Source: Octopus sinensis
Lineage: Eukaryota
Direction: 5' to 3'
NCBI RefSeq assembly: GCF_006345805.1
Contig: NC_043002.1
Span: forward strand, 80,910,001 to 80,974,000
Length of the DNA: 64,000 nucleotides
Under the pieces are notes generated by a model, which was given only the letters and a program-made list of their open reading frames with translations, made no database searches and had not been told where the DNA came from. Made by a program: the position numbers and the translations under genes. Position 1 is the stretch's first letter, and every line of letters begins with the position of its first letter. This document shows, one piece after another, positions 38,064 to 52,294 of the stretch.

Positions 38064-38460
38064 GGAGTTAAACGCAAGTGTTATTGAAATACTTTTACCT
38101 CCGACACATGTTTCAAAGATATCACTGGTATTATTCCGAAGGAATAAAATGGTGTAAAACAATGAAATCTCTTCAGAGAAATGAAGAAATAAAACTTGTC
38201 AATAAGACATTTTAACAGAATATTATGGAAATGTAAAATGATGAAATGAACACTATTAAGTTTAAAAAAAAAAAAAAACGTTAGAGGATATAACGCAAAA
38301 GGTAGCATATAGAAAGAGGAGGGATAAAGGAAAGAAAAAACCAATGAATGAGAGGTATATGACGATATGTAAATTGCATAAAACCCTAAAAAAAGATATG
38401 TATTCCGTGAATGTGAAATACACATACATATACATACATACACGCACGCACACGCACATC

Positions 38461-38519
<59 letters not shown>

Positions 38520-38520
38520 G
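37900..38520. repeat. Two (TA)n/(CA)n microsatellite blocks (~37900-38060, ~38420-38520)
   Basis: Directly visible. Confidence 0.95.
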
Positions 38521-39499
38521 GGGGGGGGTAATTTTTTCTTTTTTTCTTTTGGTGCAATGCTTGTTTGTTTCCGTCTTCGTTTCTTTTCATCTTTTTTTTC
38601 TTCAGTCTTTCGTTCTTTTCTTTCATTTCCTCTTCTTTATCTCATTTACTCTTTCACTATTTTTCACTTCCTTTACATTTTCGTTTTTTAAATATTAAGT
38701 TTCATTCTTTTTATACTTTGCTATTTTTACCCCCTTTCATTCAAATATTTATTCTTCTTTAATCATTCTTTGTAAATTTATTTTCCTAATTATTTCTTTT
38801 ATTCATTTTCCTTAATCTTCCACAATTTTGCTTCTTTCAAACTTTACTTCTTAACCTCTAATTCCTTTTTCATTTTTTTCATTACTCTTTTCTTTCCTTC
38901 AAATTTTCTTACTTCACAGCTTTCTTTAATTTCCAATCTCTTCCTATTCTACAGTCAAACAGTAGCAGAGACCACCAAATTTACATTTCGCCATATTACA
39001 TTTCTAGCTTGCATAACAGTTATATTGGGCTGGAACTTCGTAAAAGGTTCAGTTTTGTTTCCATACCAAAATATATTAACTCCTTTTCATATCCATCGAT
39101 TTACTTACACACGGATATTTCTTTTTCCCGTTTTTTTTTTCATTTATATACATTTATTTTTCATCAGGTTGCTTATCATAAAGGTAGAACGATTGATCTA
39201 AATTGGTCTGCAACAGATTAAACTAACATATTAGTTACTTCTTATGAATCTAATTAAATATCTTGTATATCTTATATATATATACAAGTAAGCCGCTCAT
39301 AAAAGCACGAGAGAAATTCATTATAAAGTGGACGAATGACATCCTGAATTGCAAATAGTTCACAGATTTGTTTGGCAGGAATTTAATGAGTTCTCACTCA
39401 CAGTAATGATTTCTTACGACATATTTTAGGCTCAAAAGATTTAAGCGATAACATTACAAGTGATAGCCATCGATCTTTACCCACAAAAATTTCTTTCTA

Positions 39500-39682
39500 A
39501 TTTTAGTACAAGGTCAGCAGTTTTGACTTAGACCTCAACTGGTACTTATTTTATCGACCCATACAAGGACGAAAGGCACAGCTGACACAAATGAGATTTG
39601 AACTCAGAACGTATTAGCCGGAAGAAATATTGCTCAGTATACTTTCCCTCGAGCTAACGATTCTGCCAGTTCACCACCTTAT
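39500..39682 (-). mobile_element. SINE family A, diverged
   Basis: CTGGTACTTATTTTATCGACCC..TTTGAACTCAGAACGT..TTCTGCCAGTTCACCACC. Confidence 0.8.
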
Positions 39683-39852
39683 ACATTCACTCACAAATAA
39701 CACTGTGTGACATGATATGTGTACATGGGTCGCAACTGTTATTTCTTATTTGTTTACCCCTAGAAAGTATAAAAAATAGCTAATATTTCCTTCAAATTTT
39801 GCATTTGTTACATTTATACAAACCCGAAAGAATCCTTCTCATTATATGTCTG

Positions 39853-39962
39853 TGATGCTCCCCCACTACTCCTGCACATGATCAGAGATACACATATTGT
39901 CAGCTACTAAGGGAAATACTCAAGTAGTTAGGGTCAAGCAAATGACAAGCAAAACTCTAGTA
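39853..39962 (-). repeat. Internal fragment of the (TAA)n-associated ~500-bp element
   Basis: TGATGCTCCCCCACTACT..TGATCAGAGATACACATA..CTAAGGGA matches ~49003-49105. Confidence 0.8.
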
Positions 39963-40004
39963 TCGACCAGGATATATTTGCTATAACGATATTTCCGCTT
40001 TAAA

Positions 40005-40220
40005 AGGCGGCGAGCTGGAAGAAACGCTAGCACGCCTGGCGAAATGCTTAGCAGTATTTCGTCTGTCTCTATGTTCTGAATTCAAATTCTGAGGCCGACT
40101 TTGCCTTTTATCCCTTTGGGGTCGATAAATAAGTCGGTTACCACTGCCAGTTGCGCAGTGTTAACCGACTGACCTCCTCCCCAAAAATTTCGGGCCTTGT
40201 GCCTAGACTAGAAAAGGATA
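40005..40220 (+). mobile_element. SINE family A (short-tail variant)
   Basis: AGGCGGCGAGCTGG..GCACGCCTGGCGAAATGCTTAG..GGCCTTGTGCCTAGACTAGAAAAGGATA. Confidence 0.9.
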
Positions 40221-41330
40221 TTTCTACTTCAACAACTCAGCACTGAATCTGCCTTAAATGTAATGGAAAATAGGTCAGTTTCAAAACATTGATATCACGG
40301 TCACAAAAGCAAAGTTTGAAGGAAATAATAGTCATTTCTTTTGATTTCTAGATAGAAGCAAATAGAAATTAACACTTACTTGCCAAAAATAAATAAATAA
40401 ATAAAATTTCATTATACGGTGTAATAGCAGTAATATATATTGAGACAAACCCGTAGACACTTTAAAAGGATTCATTAAACAACCACTAGTTTATGGGCAA
40501 GAATAACTGGTATAGTCAATTTCAGATGAGTTCAAACGCCACAAAGGTCGACTTTGCCATATATCGTTCCAGTATAGATGAAATAAAATGCCAGTTTCAT
40601 TCTGAGAGAAGTTTAAGCAACGTTATCATTTTGTGAAATATCTTGTCTTGTGTCTCAATCAGAAGTCGTAATCGTTATGAAACAAAGAGGTGATAGAGCG
40701 CTCATTCAGTAAATTGCATTCATTCAGTTTGTACCTTCTAAGTTCAACTACTTTCACAGTTGACAAGGTTTATATTTCCTGAGTACACATGAGGTACTGG
40801 GTTGGTTTAAATGACTACACCCCTGCCCCTGTAAACGTACAGCCTTGTATCTCTGCTAGAACACGATATCATTCGTATCAAAGATGTAAACAGTGAATGT
40901 AAACAGCTGCAAACCACGTTAAGATATTGAATTATGTCTTTTTACTTCTTGAAATCAAATTCTGTAAGGATCAATATTGTCTTCCATCCTCTCTAGATAA
41001 AAAAGTAAATAAATAACTAGCACTAATAACACATACGTAACCAGAGTATGGGGCATACCCTACATAGTTTTGCACGCCATAAGCACATAAATCGTGAACT
41101 ACCGAAATTATTCGTCTCCAATCCTGTCGGATACGTGATGTTGACAAACCAGTAAAATGGCGAAACATCGATGTCCATCACTCCTAGATGGGATCAAAGG
41201 TGAGTTTTCTCGCCTGTCCATCACTCTAAGATGTTTTAACACACGGTGTTTTAAGAGAGTATTCTCCAGCACGCCGTAGCAACCTGCCGGCAAATACACT
41301 GACTGGATGTGTTAAGTATATGTGGTCACT

Positions 41331-41747
41331 CTCTTTACTCTTTTACTCTTTTACTTGTTTCAGCCATCCGTCTGCGGCCATACTGGAACACCGCCTTTAG
41401 TCGAGCAAATCGACCCCTGGACTTATTCTTTGTAAGCCTAGTACTTATTCTATCGGTCTCTTTTTGCCGAACCGCTAAATTACGGGGACGTAAACACACC
41501 ACCATCGGTTGTCAAGCGATGTTGGGGGATAAACACAGACACACACGCATATACACACACATACATATATATATACATATATATGACGGTCTTCTTTCAA
41601 TTTCCGTCTACCAAATCCATTCACAAGGCATTAGTCTGCTCGAGGGTATAGTAGAAGACACTTGCCCAAGATGCCACACAGTGGGACTGAACCCGGAACC
41701 ATGTGGTTGGTAAGCAAGCTACTTACCACACAGCCACTCCTACGCCT
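41331..41747 (-). mobile_element. SINE family B, full length
   Basis: Colinear with 16948-17347. Confidence 0.93.
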
Positions 41748-42244
41748 ATTGATAATATTTATTACACTAACGCTGCAACTAACCACGTGTTTGGGAAGCA
41801 AGCTTCCCAACCATGCAGCCACACCTGCGCCTTTACCAAAACGTCCATTTCTTAAATGTCGGTCACAAATAGCACGAATAATATATGGCAAAACCTCGAG
41901 TAAAAAATAAAATCATAATTACGGTGAATGGGTAGAACCATCTGAGTGCGGGACAAAAATATTTACGGTATTTAGTTACGACCCTTTATATTATCGGTTC
42001 AAGTTGTGCAGGAGTCAATCCCGTCTCCTACCCTTTCTAGGACTGATGATATAAATTGCGTCAACTGTCGCTTCACGCAAAATATGTACTTTTATGTTTA
42101 GATTAGAAAGACATGACCGTCTGGTTAAGGGGCTTACTTCAGGATTCATCCGACTATGTAGTACTTAGCGTATTTTCTACCATTGCCTCCACTTCGCCAA
42201 TTTTGAGGACTAGACAAAGGAGAATAGTCTCTAAGAGCCCTTTC

Positions 42245-42717
42245 ACACATACATACATACATGCATACATACATACATACATACATACATACATACATAC
42301 ATACATACATACATACATACATACATGCATATATACATATATACATACAAACATACATACATACAATATGTAACACTACCTAAATACGAATATTAACAAA
42401 TTAGGCTTTTTCAAAACCAGAAAGGAGAAAGCTGATTCGAAGACTACAGATCCAGTCCATCACTGTAACTGAAAAAATCTGTAAAATTTTCCAGAGGTTT
42501 CTCATTTAAGTATATATGAGCATGTCTAGACATGCATCTATACACATAAAAATATGAGCATAAAGCAAAACATACGATTCTGCACGCATACATACATACA
42601 TACATACATACATACACACATACAAGAATACCCTGTTGTTGATGTTGAAACTAAATAATCACACACACATACACGCACGCATACACACACATACAGACAC
42701 ACACACACACACACACA

Positions 42718-42760
<43 letters not shown>
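42245..42760. repeat. (TACA)n and (CA)n/(TA)n microsatellites
   Basis: Directly visible. Confidence 0.95.
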
Positions 42761-43096
42761 AGAAAGAGATAGACGCTTCAATTCTATGCTGCTGCCGCAT
42801 ATGTCGTACGAGAATGAGAGGATTTGCATCCCCAACCAAGATTTCTGATGTTGTAAACATGTCCTTGTGGAAGCTGTTGTGCGCGCTGCTGAGAAGGCCA
42901 CAGACATACATTATGCATTGTATAATCTGTCTAATAAAGGCCCGAAACATAGTACCGCTGAATCCTCCGCATCATGTTTTTATTTTATATTTGATCAATT
43001 TACTCCACCACCTACACCACCAAACGGTATACACAGGTGCTTATAATTATCAAGTACTCACCCCGAATTTCTATATATATTATATATATATATATA

Positions 43097-43652
43097 CGAG
43101 GGACGTTCAATAAGTAATGCCTCTGACCCACTTGCAGTTGTTTGATCTAGCTGAAATGTTGCATGTGCAATTATTTATATCTCTATAGAGTAAGTGGCAA
43201 ATTACAGGTCTGAATTAATTGTGGTTTCTGATTTACAGGTGTTTGAACCGAGTCAAGTGTGAAATGGAGCCTGTTGAGTGTCGAGCAGTGATCCGGTTTT
43301 TGTATTTGAAAGGACGCACACCACGGGAGACTTTTGATGAAATGAAAGTAACTTATGGTGATGATGCCCCATCATATGACCTTGTAAAACGCTGGCATCG
43401 TGAATTCAAACATGGTCGGAACTCTATGGAAACAGCTCCCAGATCTGGTCACCCCTTCTGCCATTGATGAGGCATTTGTCCGTCAAGTTGAGGTCTTCTA
43501 CAAAAACGGTCTCCAGAGCTGCATCAAGCAATGGAAGAAATACGTAACTCTGGGTGGTTCCTATGTAGAAAAAGACTAATAACTGTGCCAAGTTTCGTTG
43601 GTCTACTTCTATGGGAAGTGGGTCAGGGGCATTACTTATTGAACGCCCCTCG
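43097..43652 (+). mobile_element. Internally deleted mariner element with intact TIRs
   Basis: TA TSD; 37-bp TIR CGAGGG(A/G)CGTTCAATAAGTAATGCC(T/C)CTGACCCACTT (35/37). Encodes the HTH MEPVECRAVIRFLYLKGRTPRETFDEMKVTYGDDAPSYDLVKRWHREFKHG..PRSG, then jumps to the transposase C-terminus. Confidence 0.95.
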
Positions 43653-43782
43653 TATGTATATATATATATATATATATATATACAGGGTGCAATGGTTAGA
43701 CTGCCGCCAGAGAAGAGTTGTAGGAGATTCTGAAGTCGTCTGGAGGTCGTGGTTGAAGCATATATACATACATATATGTACA

Positions 43783-43822
<40 letters not shown>

Positions 43823-44467
43823 TATATATATATATTATATATAATATATATATATATATATATACATGCATGCATATATAGATACAGGACATCAAAGAAC
43901 CGTTGAACACAATGAGAAACAAAAACAAAAACAAAAACATGGTAAACGAACTTTTTTTCGAACAACGAAAGACAAAACAGAGAAACGAGACATGCAACAT
44001 AAAGAATATTCCCCTTCTTCAGTTGTCGCTGTTTCATCTACTCCACGTTTCAAAGACAAGGACAACACGCGACTTCGTTGAAACTGTCCTTCCCGCAAAG
44101 TAAGTTAAATAAAATTTGGGATTATTTTGCGGAGGGTGGAAGTGGTAAAACGAACAGGACAGTGAGAACAAGACAGTAAAAACAAACGATGAGGGCTGTT
44201 AAGCCAAGAAGATAGTAAAATTACTATGAACGCTAGGAAGACGAGCTTATGAGAGGAGACAGGTATAAGCACGTGTTGTCTTTAGGAAGGAAATGAACAG
44301 CTACGTGTCAGCGACGTGAGAGCCAAGGAGGAAGAGTGAGAGAGAGGGAACGGTGAAGCGGAGAGGAGAAATATAGCGAAGGGTGGGAGAGAAAACCAGA
44401 AAGGATGAAGAACAAGGGAGGGAGGGAGATAGACAGATGTATATACACATATGTATGTACCGTTGTT

Positions 44468-44690
44468 TTTTACTTTTACTTCTTTCAGTCATTATACTGC
44501 AGTCATGCTGGGACACTGCCTAGAGGAATTTCTTTTCGAAGAAATCTATCCCAGTATTTATAGTTTGAAAGCCTGACACATTCTATCGCTCTTTCTGGCC
44601 TAGTAGCGCATTTACAGTGGCGTAAACACACCAACACCGGTTATCACTCGGTTGAGGAGAGGGGCAAACAAAGACACAAATACACACACA
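44468..44690 (-). mobile_element. SINE family B 3' part, diverged
   Basis: TTCAGTCATTATACTGCAGTCATGCTGGGACACTGCC..GTAAACACACCAACACCGGTT. Confidence 0.7.
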
Positions 44691-46572
44691 CACACACATG
44701 TCTGATTATCTGTCCCCACGCCCCCGTAAATATAGCGATTTCTCTAACAGATTTGCGTCAACCTTTCTCTCTCAACAATATCAGAAACTTCCTCTTGAAT
44801 CTGTTGACCTTTCACCTTCTAAACATTATTGACAAGCGCCTGGTTGCAACTAATGCTTAGCCATACGTTCTCTCTTCTCTTCCTTTCTCCGCTTTCATTT
44901 TCTCTCTCAGCCTCTCCTCTCTCTCCCCTTCCTTCTCTCTCCCTCTTTTTCTCTCTCCTTTTCTCCTCTTTCACCTCGTCGCTCTTTCTCTCATTTTTCA
45001 CCCCAACGCTCTTTTTCTCTTCCCACCTTCTCTCTCTCTCTCGTTTTTATTTGAAGATATGCCTCCTCCTCTGTCAATATTCTCGTTGTTATTTCACTCA
45101 GTATTAGTGTCCTGTTTAAGAACATGTTCTTTCGACATCTAAATGCAACAGAAACCAACGCAGGAAAAGTGCATAGTTTATGGACCTTGTTATTCTTGTT
45201 CAGTTCTAAGTTAGCCTTGATCAGTCAGACGAATCATGTACGCCATTCCAGTCATGGCCATCCAGTCATTTTTTTTTCCTGCTGATAAACTAACTACACT
45301 ATCAACTGTGTACAATTTTAAAAGACTGCAAACGTGGCTAACCGAGTGTCTACGAAGAGGTTTACTAGAATTAATTGAGAATTTTAGTTAAAAGTTTATT
45401 CAACATTGCACAAACAGAGTTCCAGCGTCTGTTTGTCAACCGTATCGTCTGTGTCTAGTAACTTCACTATGATGCTCACTGCACATGCGTACTGCAGTAT
45501 AACAGCGTCTCCTTGCCGCTATAGCTAACTAAAACTAAATTATAACCGACTGTATGAATCATCAACAGAAGTTCAGAGAGCGGATTTATCAAATAAACGT
45601 ATCATAGCAGAATACCGTCGAAATGGAAGTTACTATAGTTATTCGAATGTGTGATCAGACTCTCATTACTATTTTGGTCAGTTAACATTTCCCATTTACC
45701 CATTTGTTTGATGTCGTTGATTAGACGTTTTTCAACACCCAACCATTCGCATATCCTTATATTTAAGTACATGAACAGATACACCAACACCATCTCTACT
45801 TCTCTACAGCATTCATACATACATACTTACACAAATGCATACGCCTTCATACATACACAACTACACACGCGTTCGTACATACACAAATACACAAATATAC
45901 AAAAACACACTCGAGTTAAGCTGACTACGAACGAACTGGATGCTTCCTTGATCCAGATCAAATGTTTTTACCATTAACCTATCACCAAATGCTTGATTTG
46001 GGAAAACAAATAAAGATAAAAGAAATATATCAGAATTCTGAACAGCACCCTTAAAATATCGCTTCACTGACGTAATATTTATCCCAACATCAGTTTATAG
46101 CAATTTCTTATTACACCACTCGGAATTAAATCTCATCAAAGCAAATATAGATCGGAGATTTAATATAAAGATACCCTTCCCTACATCGGATGAAATTCAA
46201 GTGCTGTTACCTCCCTTTTTTTCAATTCCGTTCACGAATTGAAAATAAACCAAGCAAATGTAGTTTTACAACGTTGGTTCAAATGGCATCATTATTGCAA
46301 CACTTTTTATGTCGGAAGATACGAGTTAGCATCTCTCGCTCTCTCTCCCTCACACATAAACGCACTTTCACTCTTCCTCTCTCTTTCTTTCTTTCTCAGT
46401 CTCTCTCTCTCTCTCTCTATCTCTCACTCACGCCCCTTCACTTCTCTGTTCATTTCTTTCTCTCTTCACTACTCTATCAATTTTACTTACGCTTCTATTT
46501 ATTTTTCCTCTCTTTCTTTGTGCCTAATTCGAACGATATTTTTCTGCCTGTTTACTTTGATTGCTTTCATAC

Positions 46573-46606
<34 letters not shown>

Positions 46607-46759
46607 TTATTTATTTTTTTTTCTACTTATATCATCGGTCTATTTCTGTTTTACTCTCTTTTTCTCAGTTACACAACTTCTCTCTCACTTCCTCCCCCTC
46701 CCTCTCTCTCTCGCTCTCTCCTATATGTTTTCTTACATCCTTCTATCACCACCACACAC

Positions 46760-46803
46760 TCGTGTATATATATATATATATATATATATGCATACACACA
46801 CAT

Positions 46804-46854
<51 letters not shown>

Positions 46855-47193
46855 TACACACGCATACACACACATGTATAAATATGTATATATACTTATA
46901 CTTATATAAATACATATACTTATATACGTGTGTGTGTGTGCGTGTGTGCTTATATATGTGTGTGTATGTATGTATGTATGTATATAATTATGTACGTATA
47001 CGCGCGCACGCACACTGAGGCTTATTATGTAAATATGTCTATTATTGGTGTACCGACATATCTATCTTTCAATCTCTGTATTGTATGTATTCTATGCATA
47101 CATACACACGCGCGCACACAACACACACACACACATATATATATATAAGCATGCACATACATACATACATACATACATACATACATACATACA

Positions 47194-47226
<33 letters not shown>

Positions 47227-47300
47227 TTCATATACACCAGCAAATAAGTTTGCCATTAGATATAATTAAGGAGTACCATGCGAGAAAGAAAGAGACAAAC

Positions 47301-47334
<34 letters not shown>

Positions 47335-47375
47335 GGAGAGCGAGACAGACAGAAGTAGAGACAGAGGGGGAGAGA
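46760..47375. repeat. Compound (TA)n/(CA)n/(TACA)n/(GA)n microsatellites
   Basis: Directly visible. Confidence 0.97.
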
Positions 47376-47584
47376 GAAAGCATGGGGTTGGGGCAAACAG
47401 AGTGTAGGGGAATTGTTGCCCTTTGATCCGATGATAAAATTAAAGCTTTGATATAACCAAACTAGGGTGTGTTAAAATAAACGTAATTTAATATGACCAG
47501 CGCGACAATTATTCACTCAGACCGTTTTCTGAGCGGGTCATGACCTTCTTAATAACATTACAGATTGAAGTCAAACGATAATTC

Positions 47585-48035
47585 CATTCCAATCGACAAA
47601 TTACCGTTTAAATATAATCATCATCATCGTTAATATTATTATTATTAGCACGTCGGACAAAGTGCTTAGCGGCATTTCTCCCTGCGCTGAGTTCAAATTC
47701 TGCCGAGATCGACTTTGCGTTTCAACCCTTCGTGGTCGATAAAATAACTGCCAGTTGAGCATTAGGGGTCCTGTAACCGACTTACCTCTTCCCCACAAAC
47801 TTGCTGGCCTTGTGCTAAAATTTGAAATCAATATTATTGTTAGCAGGTTGGACAAAATGCTTAGTGGCATTTCATCCTGCACTGAATTCAAATTCCACAG
47901 AGTTCCACCTTCCCTTGCATCTCTTTGAGGTCGATAAAAAAAGTACTGGTTAGGTACTGGAATCGATGTAATCAACTTCCAACTCCCTTTAAAAGCTTCT
48001 GACCGTGTGCCAAAATTGGAAACCTTTATTATCAT
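47585..48035 (-). mobile_element. Two tandem SINE family A copies
   Basis: Appears on the plus strand as TTAGCACGTCGGACAAAGTGCTTAGCGGCATTTC..AGTTCAAATTC and a second unit from ~47836. Note these read in the family A sense orientation; the strand call is uncertain. Confidence 0.5.
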
Positions 48036-48164
48036 TAATATTACGTCTTTACATTCTGAGTTCAAATTCCGCCGCGGTCGACTTTACCTTTCATCCTTTC
48101 GGGGTCTATAGCATAAGTTCCAGTTGAGTTCCAAATTTCAGGCTTTGTGCTTTTAGTAGGAAGG

Positions 48165-48238
<74 letters not shown>

Positions 48239-48246
48239 CGTTATTA

Positions 48247-48480
48247 AGGCGGCGAGCTGACAGAATCGTTAGCACGCCGGGCGAAATGCTCAGCGATATT
48301 TCGTCTGCCGTTACGTTCTGAGTTCAAATTCCGCCAAGGTCGACTTTGCCTTTCATCCTTTCGGGATCGATTAAATAAGTACCAGTTACGCATTGGGGTC
48401 GATATAATCGACTTAATCCCTTTGGCTGTCCTTGTTTGTCCTCTCTGCGTTTAGCCCCTTGTGGGTAGTAAAGAAATAGA
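48247..48480 (+). mobile_element. SINE family A, full length, preceded by (ATT)n
   Basis: Colinear with 28014-28245; partial copies flank it (48050-48165, 48482-48650, 49318-49520). Confidence 0.93.
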
Positions 48481-48679
48481 AATAAATATTTCGTCTGTCT
48501 GTACCTTCAGAGTTTAAATGCCGCCGAGGTCGACTTTGCCTTTCATCTGTTCGGAGTCGATAGATTAAGTGCTAGTTACGCACTGGTGTTGAAGCAATCG
48601 ATTTAATCCCTTCTCCCAAATTTGAGGTCTTGTGCTACCAGGAGAAAGGATTATTATTATTATTATTATTATTATTATT

Positions 48680-49319
<640 letters not shown>

Positions 49320-50368
49320 GGCGGCAAGTGAAGGAGTGGCAAGCTGGTAGAACCGTTATCACGCCGGGTGAAATGCATAGTGCTATTTCGACCGGGTTTA
49401 CATTCTGAGTTCAAATACCGCTGAGGTCAACTTATCCTTTCATCCTTTCGGGGTTAGTAAAATAAGTACCAACTGAGCTCTCCCCCGAAATTGCTGGTTT
49501 TGTGTCAAAATTTGAAACCATTATTGCTAGTGCAACAAAAGCTGGACCGTAGTCTGTCTTTTCTTGCACTACGAGGCGGAGTTGTGTCTATGTTCTACTG
49601 TATGTAGAATATTTTGTATGTGTTTGTATTTTCTACTGTACTAAAAATATGTCACATGATATGTATCTGCTGTCTATTAATGTTATGTTGTATATATTTG
49701 TAAGCTCTGGATTCTGATTGTGCATTTTTTTGCATGTTTTTACTTCTCGAGTCGCGTTCTATTATCAGAATTATTTCTGGTTTTAGTTGACACATTCTTT
49801 TTTCTAATCGTTTATATATGGATAATTTCTCCTATTGGGAGATACAATATCATCTTTGACTAAAAGGTATTTCCTCACTTGGTGATCCTTGACAACAACA
49901 TCTTCCAAAATGTCTTCATTCACTCGACCAGCATCGGCGTTTCATAGTTTGATCGCTGTCTCACTTTCTGATACATATTTAGTGTCTGTTTATATCCCTT
50001 TATTTTATTTTATTTTTTTTCGTCTGATTCCAGGTACAAATTCCAATTAGTGAAACACCCATTCTGCCATGTTATAAATGCTCTTTATTGTTTAAGCTTT
50101 GAAAACAAGAGAAAATGTGACTTAACTACTGTTTCTTTTTAATATGTACGATTTTTGCTGTTATTTGGTGCATTCTCTTTACAAATCATGCATTTGGTGG
50201 CCTTTGGTGGGCAGGCTTTGACACTGCGCAGTAATCAAGAATCCACCACCCTTAACTGAGTCGTGCGCTTCCCAGACAGTGGTACTTTGTCCATTTGCTA
50301 CCTGCTTCCCTTACGGGCATTATTGTACACACGTTGGAACTAAAAAACAACCACATCTGTCTATCTAT

Positions 50369-50411
<43 letters not shown>

Positions 50412-50446
50412 CCTCTTTCTCTCTTTCTTTCTTTCTTTCTTTCTTC

Positions 50447-50491
<45 letters not shown>

Positions 50492-50508
50492 GCTCTCGCT
50501 CGCTCGAT

Positions 50509-50541
<33 letters not shown>

Positions 50542-52294
50542 TTCTAATATGATTTACTATCACTCGTGCATCAGCAAAATATATTTTACACATCTCCACA
50601 TGTTTTTTTCAATTATATTTTCTCTGTTTCTCTGTCATTTCATATTTATTGCAACACTATTTTTATTCAAGAATTATTTTTACTGTGACAGATTCAATAA
50701 AAAAACATTGATCAATAGATATTTTATGAACCTACGAACCAACCCACAATATTCACCTAGCTGTTTCACCCCCACCCCCGCCCCATGTTATGTTTTCCTA
50801 CCCCCAAAATCTACACCAAACGTTACACAACGTTCTTATTTCCTATAATCCCCACTCTATCAATTTCTCTATTGCTTTCCAACGTTATATTCTCATATTT
50901 TACCATCATTCATTTTTGTTGAAGCCCAAGATTATTCAAATCTCACTTCCTACAACCTTCTTTTTTTGTCACGAGAGTATTCACCCAGGCTCTGATATAA
51001 CGATAAAAACAAATTTTTGCAAAAACAAAACATAAAATAATGCCCGATTCGAAAGCACGTAGCGGCGGTCTAAGTGGGTATATATCAGGTGATAAAGTTA
51101 ATAAGTTTTGTACGATGTGGTTGAGGTATGAGTTGTGAATTTTTGTGCATACTTTGGTTTCGACATACAAAACAACGAAACAAATCGCTTACATGACTTG
51201 ATACCTGTTTATTCAGCACTATCAAATGCAATTTGATTTTTTTTTACTCCGTTGAAAGGACCTGCTCTAAACATTCGCATTTACGTCACCTTCATGACAA
51301 TCGAACTCATTTAAAGTCTTTCCTGCAGTAAAATCTAAGGAACCCTAGACATCATAGGAATGAGTAAAAGAGTCATAAAGAACTACGTAGCAGCTAATGA
51401 GAAAGCAATTAAATGGCTTTGGCTAAAAAGAGGTGATTACTGATGTCAGGCGATGAACGCCACAGGTACTTCGGCCTGGATTTGATCAAACTACGTTGGG
51501 TTGCCTGGCTGAAAGCGCGTTATTGTAAGACCCAAAATACCTTGTTCCTCTAGAACACAACGCTGTCCAATTATTGCATCAATAGATTTATGTTGATTTC
51601 AAATGGATTTCAAACACACTACAGTATCATTTATGAGACTACCACTGACAGTGTGAAAAGAGTTATGAACAAACTACCAACTGCTCAGTTGTTATTGGAA
51701 CTCTACTATATTTGTTACTATGTAACTGAAGTTCCAAATGTCTCGGTTAACCAAGCTGGAAAAAAATATGGACCATCATGAAGGGCCAATACGTATCAAT
51801 AACCAGTGTGCAGTAAATGACGTAAAATTTTCTAGATTTACGTTTATCACCAGATTCGAGTTCAATTTCAACACTGGATATAACACTGAGAAGGAATATG
51901 GTCTCCGAATACAATAAATTTTGTTATATATAAGCTAAAGAAGGAGTCCCACAATAGCTCGATTTGCAAGAGATACAGCGAGATTAGCCTCAAATCACAC
52001 ACTTTCAACTGAGAGGATGAAAGGCACATCAGTTAATATTATCATAATCTAAAAATCTACGAAACGGTCATATTTAGAAATATCTTTGATCAAAGATCCG
52101 ATTGATCAAAGTGATCGAGCGCTATACAACAGCAACACAATGGAGAAAGTATGTCCTGTCTCTATCTTGTATGTTCTTGCACGTTACTTAGGCTGATGTT
52201 GTTAATATTTGGAAGGTAGAAGTGATGTCAAAATAGTTTTGTTTTATTTTCAAAAGTATAGTTATATAGTAATATCGCGTCTGAGTAATGCACA

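Noticed and set aside
41157-41206. ATG..AAG|GTGAGT perfect donor suggesting a first coding exon (MAKHRCPSLLDGIK)
   Set aside because: No promoter evidence or downstream exon; a single consensus donor is expected by chance in 64 kb.
43870-44430. Possible further Penelope-like terminus or hammerhead (minus strand ..CAACGAAG..GAAACGTGG; CTGAAGAAGG)
   Set aside because: The core elements are not in a foldable arrangement; too degenerate to call.
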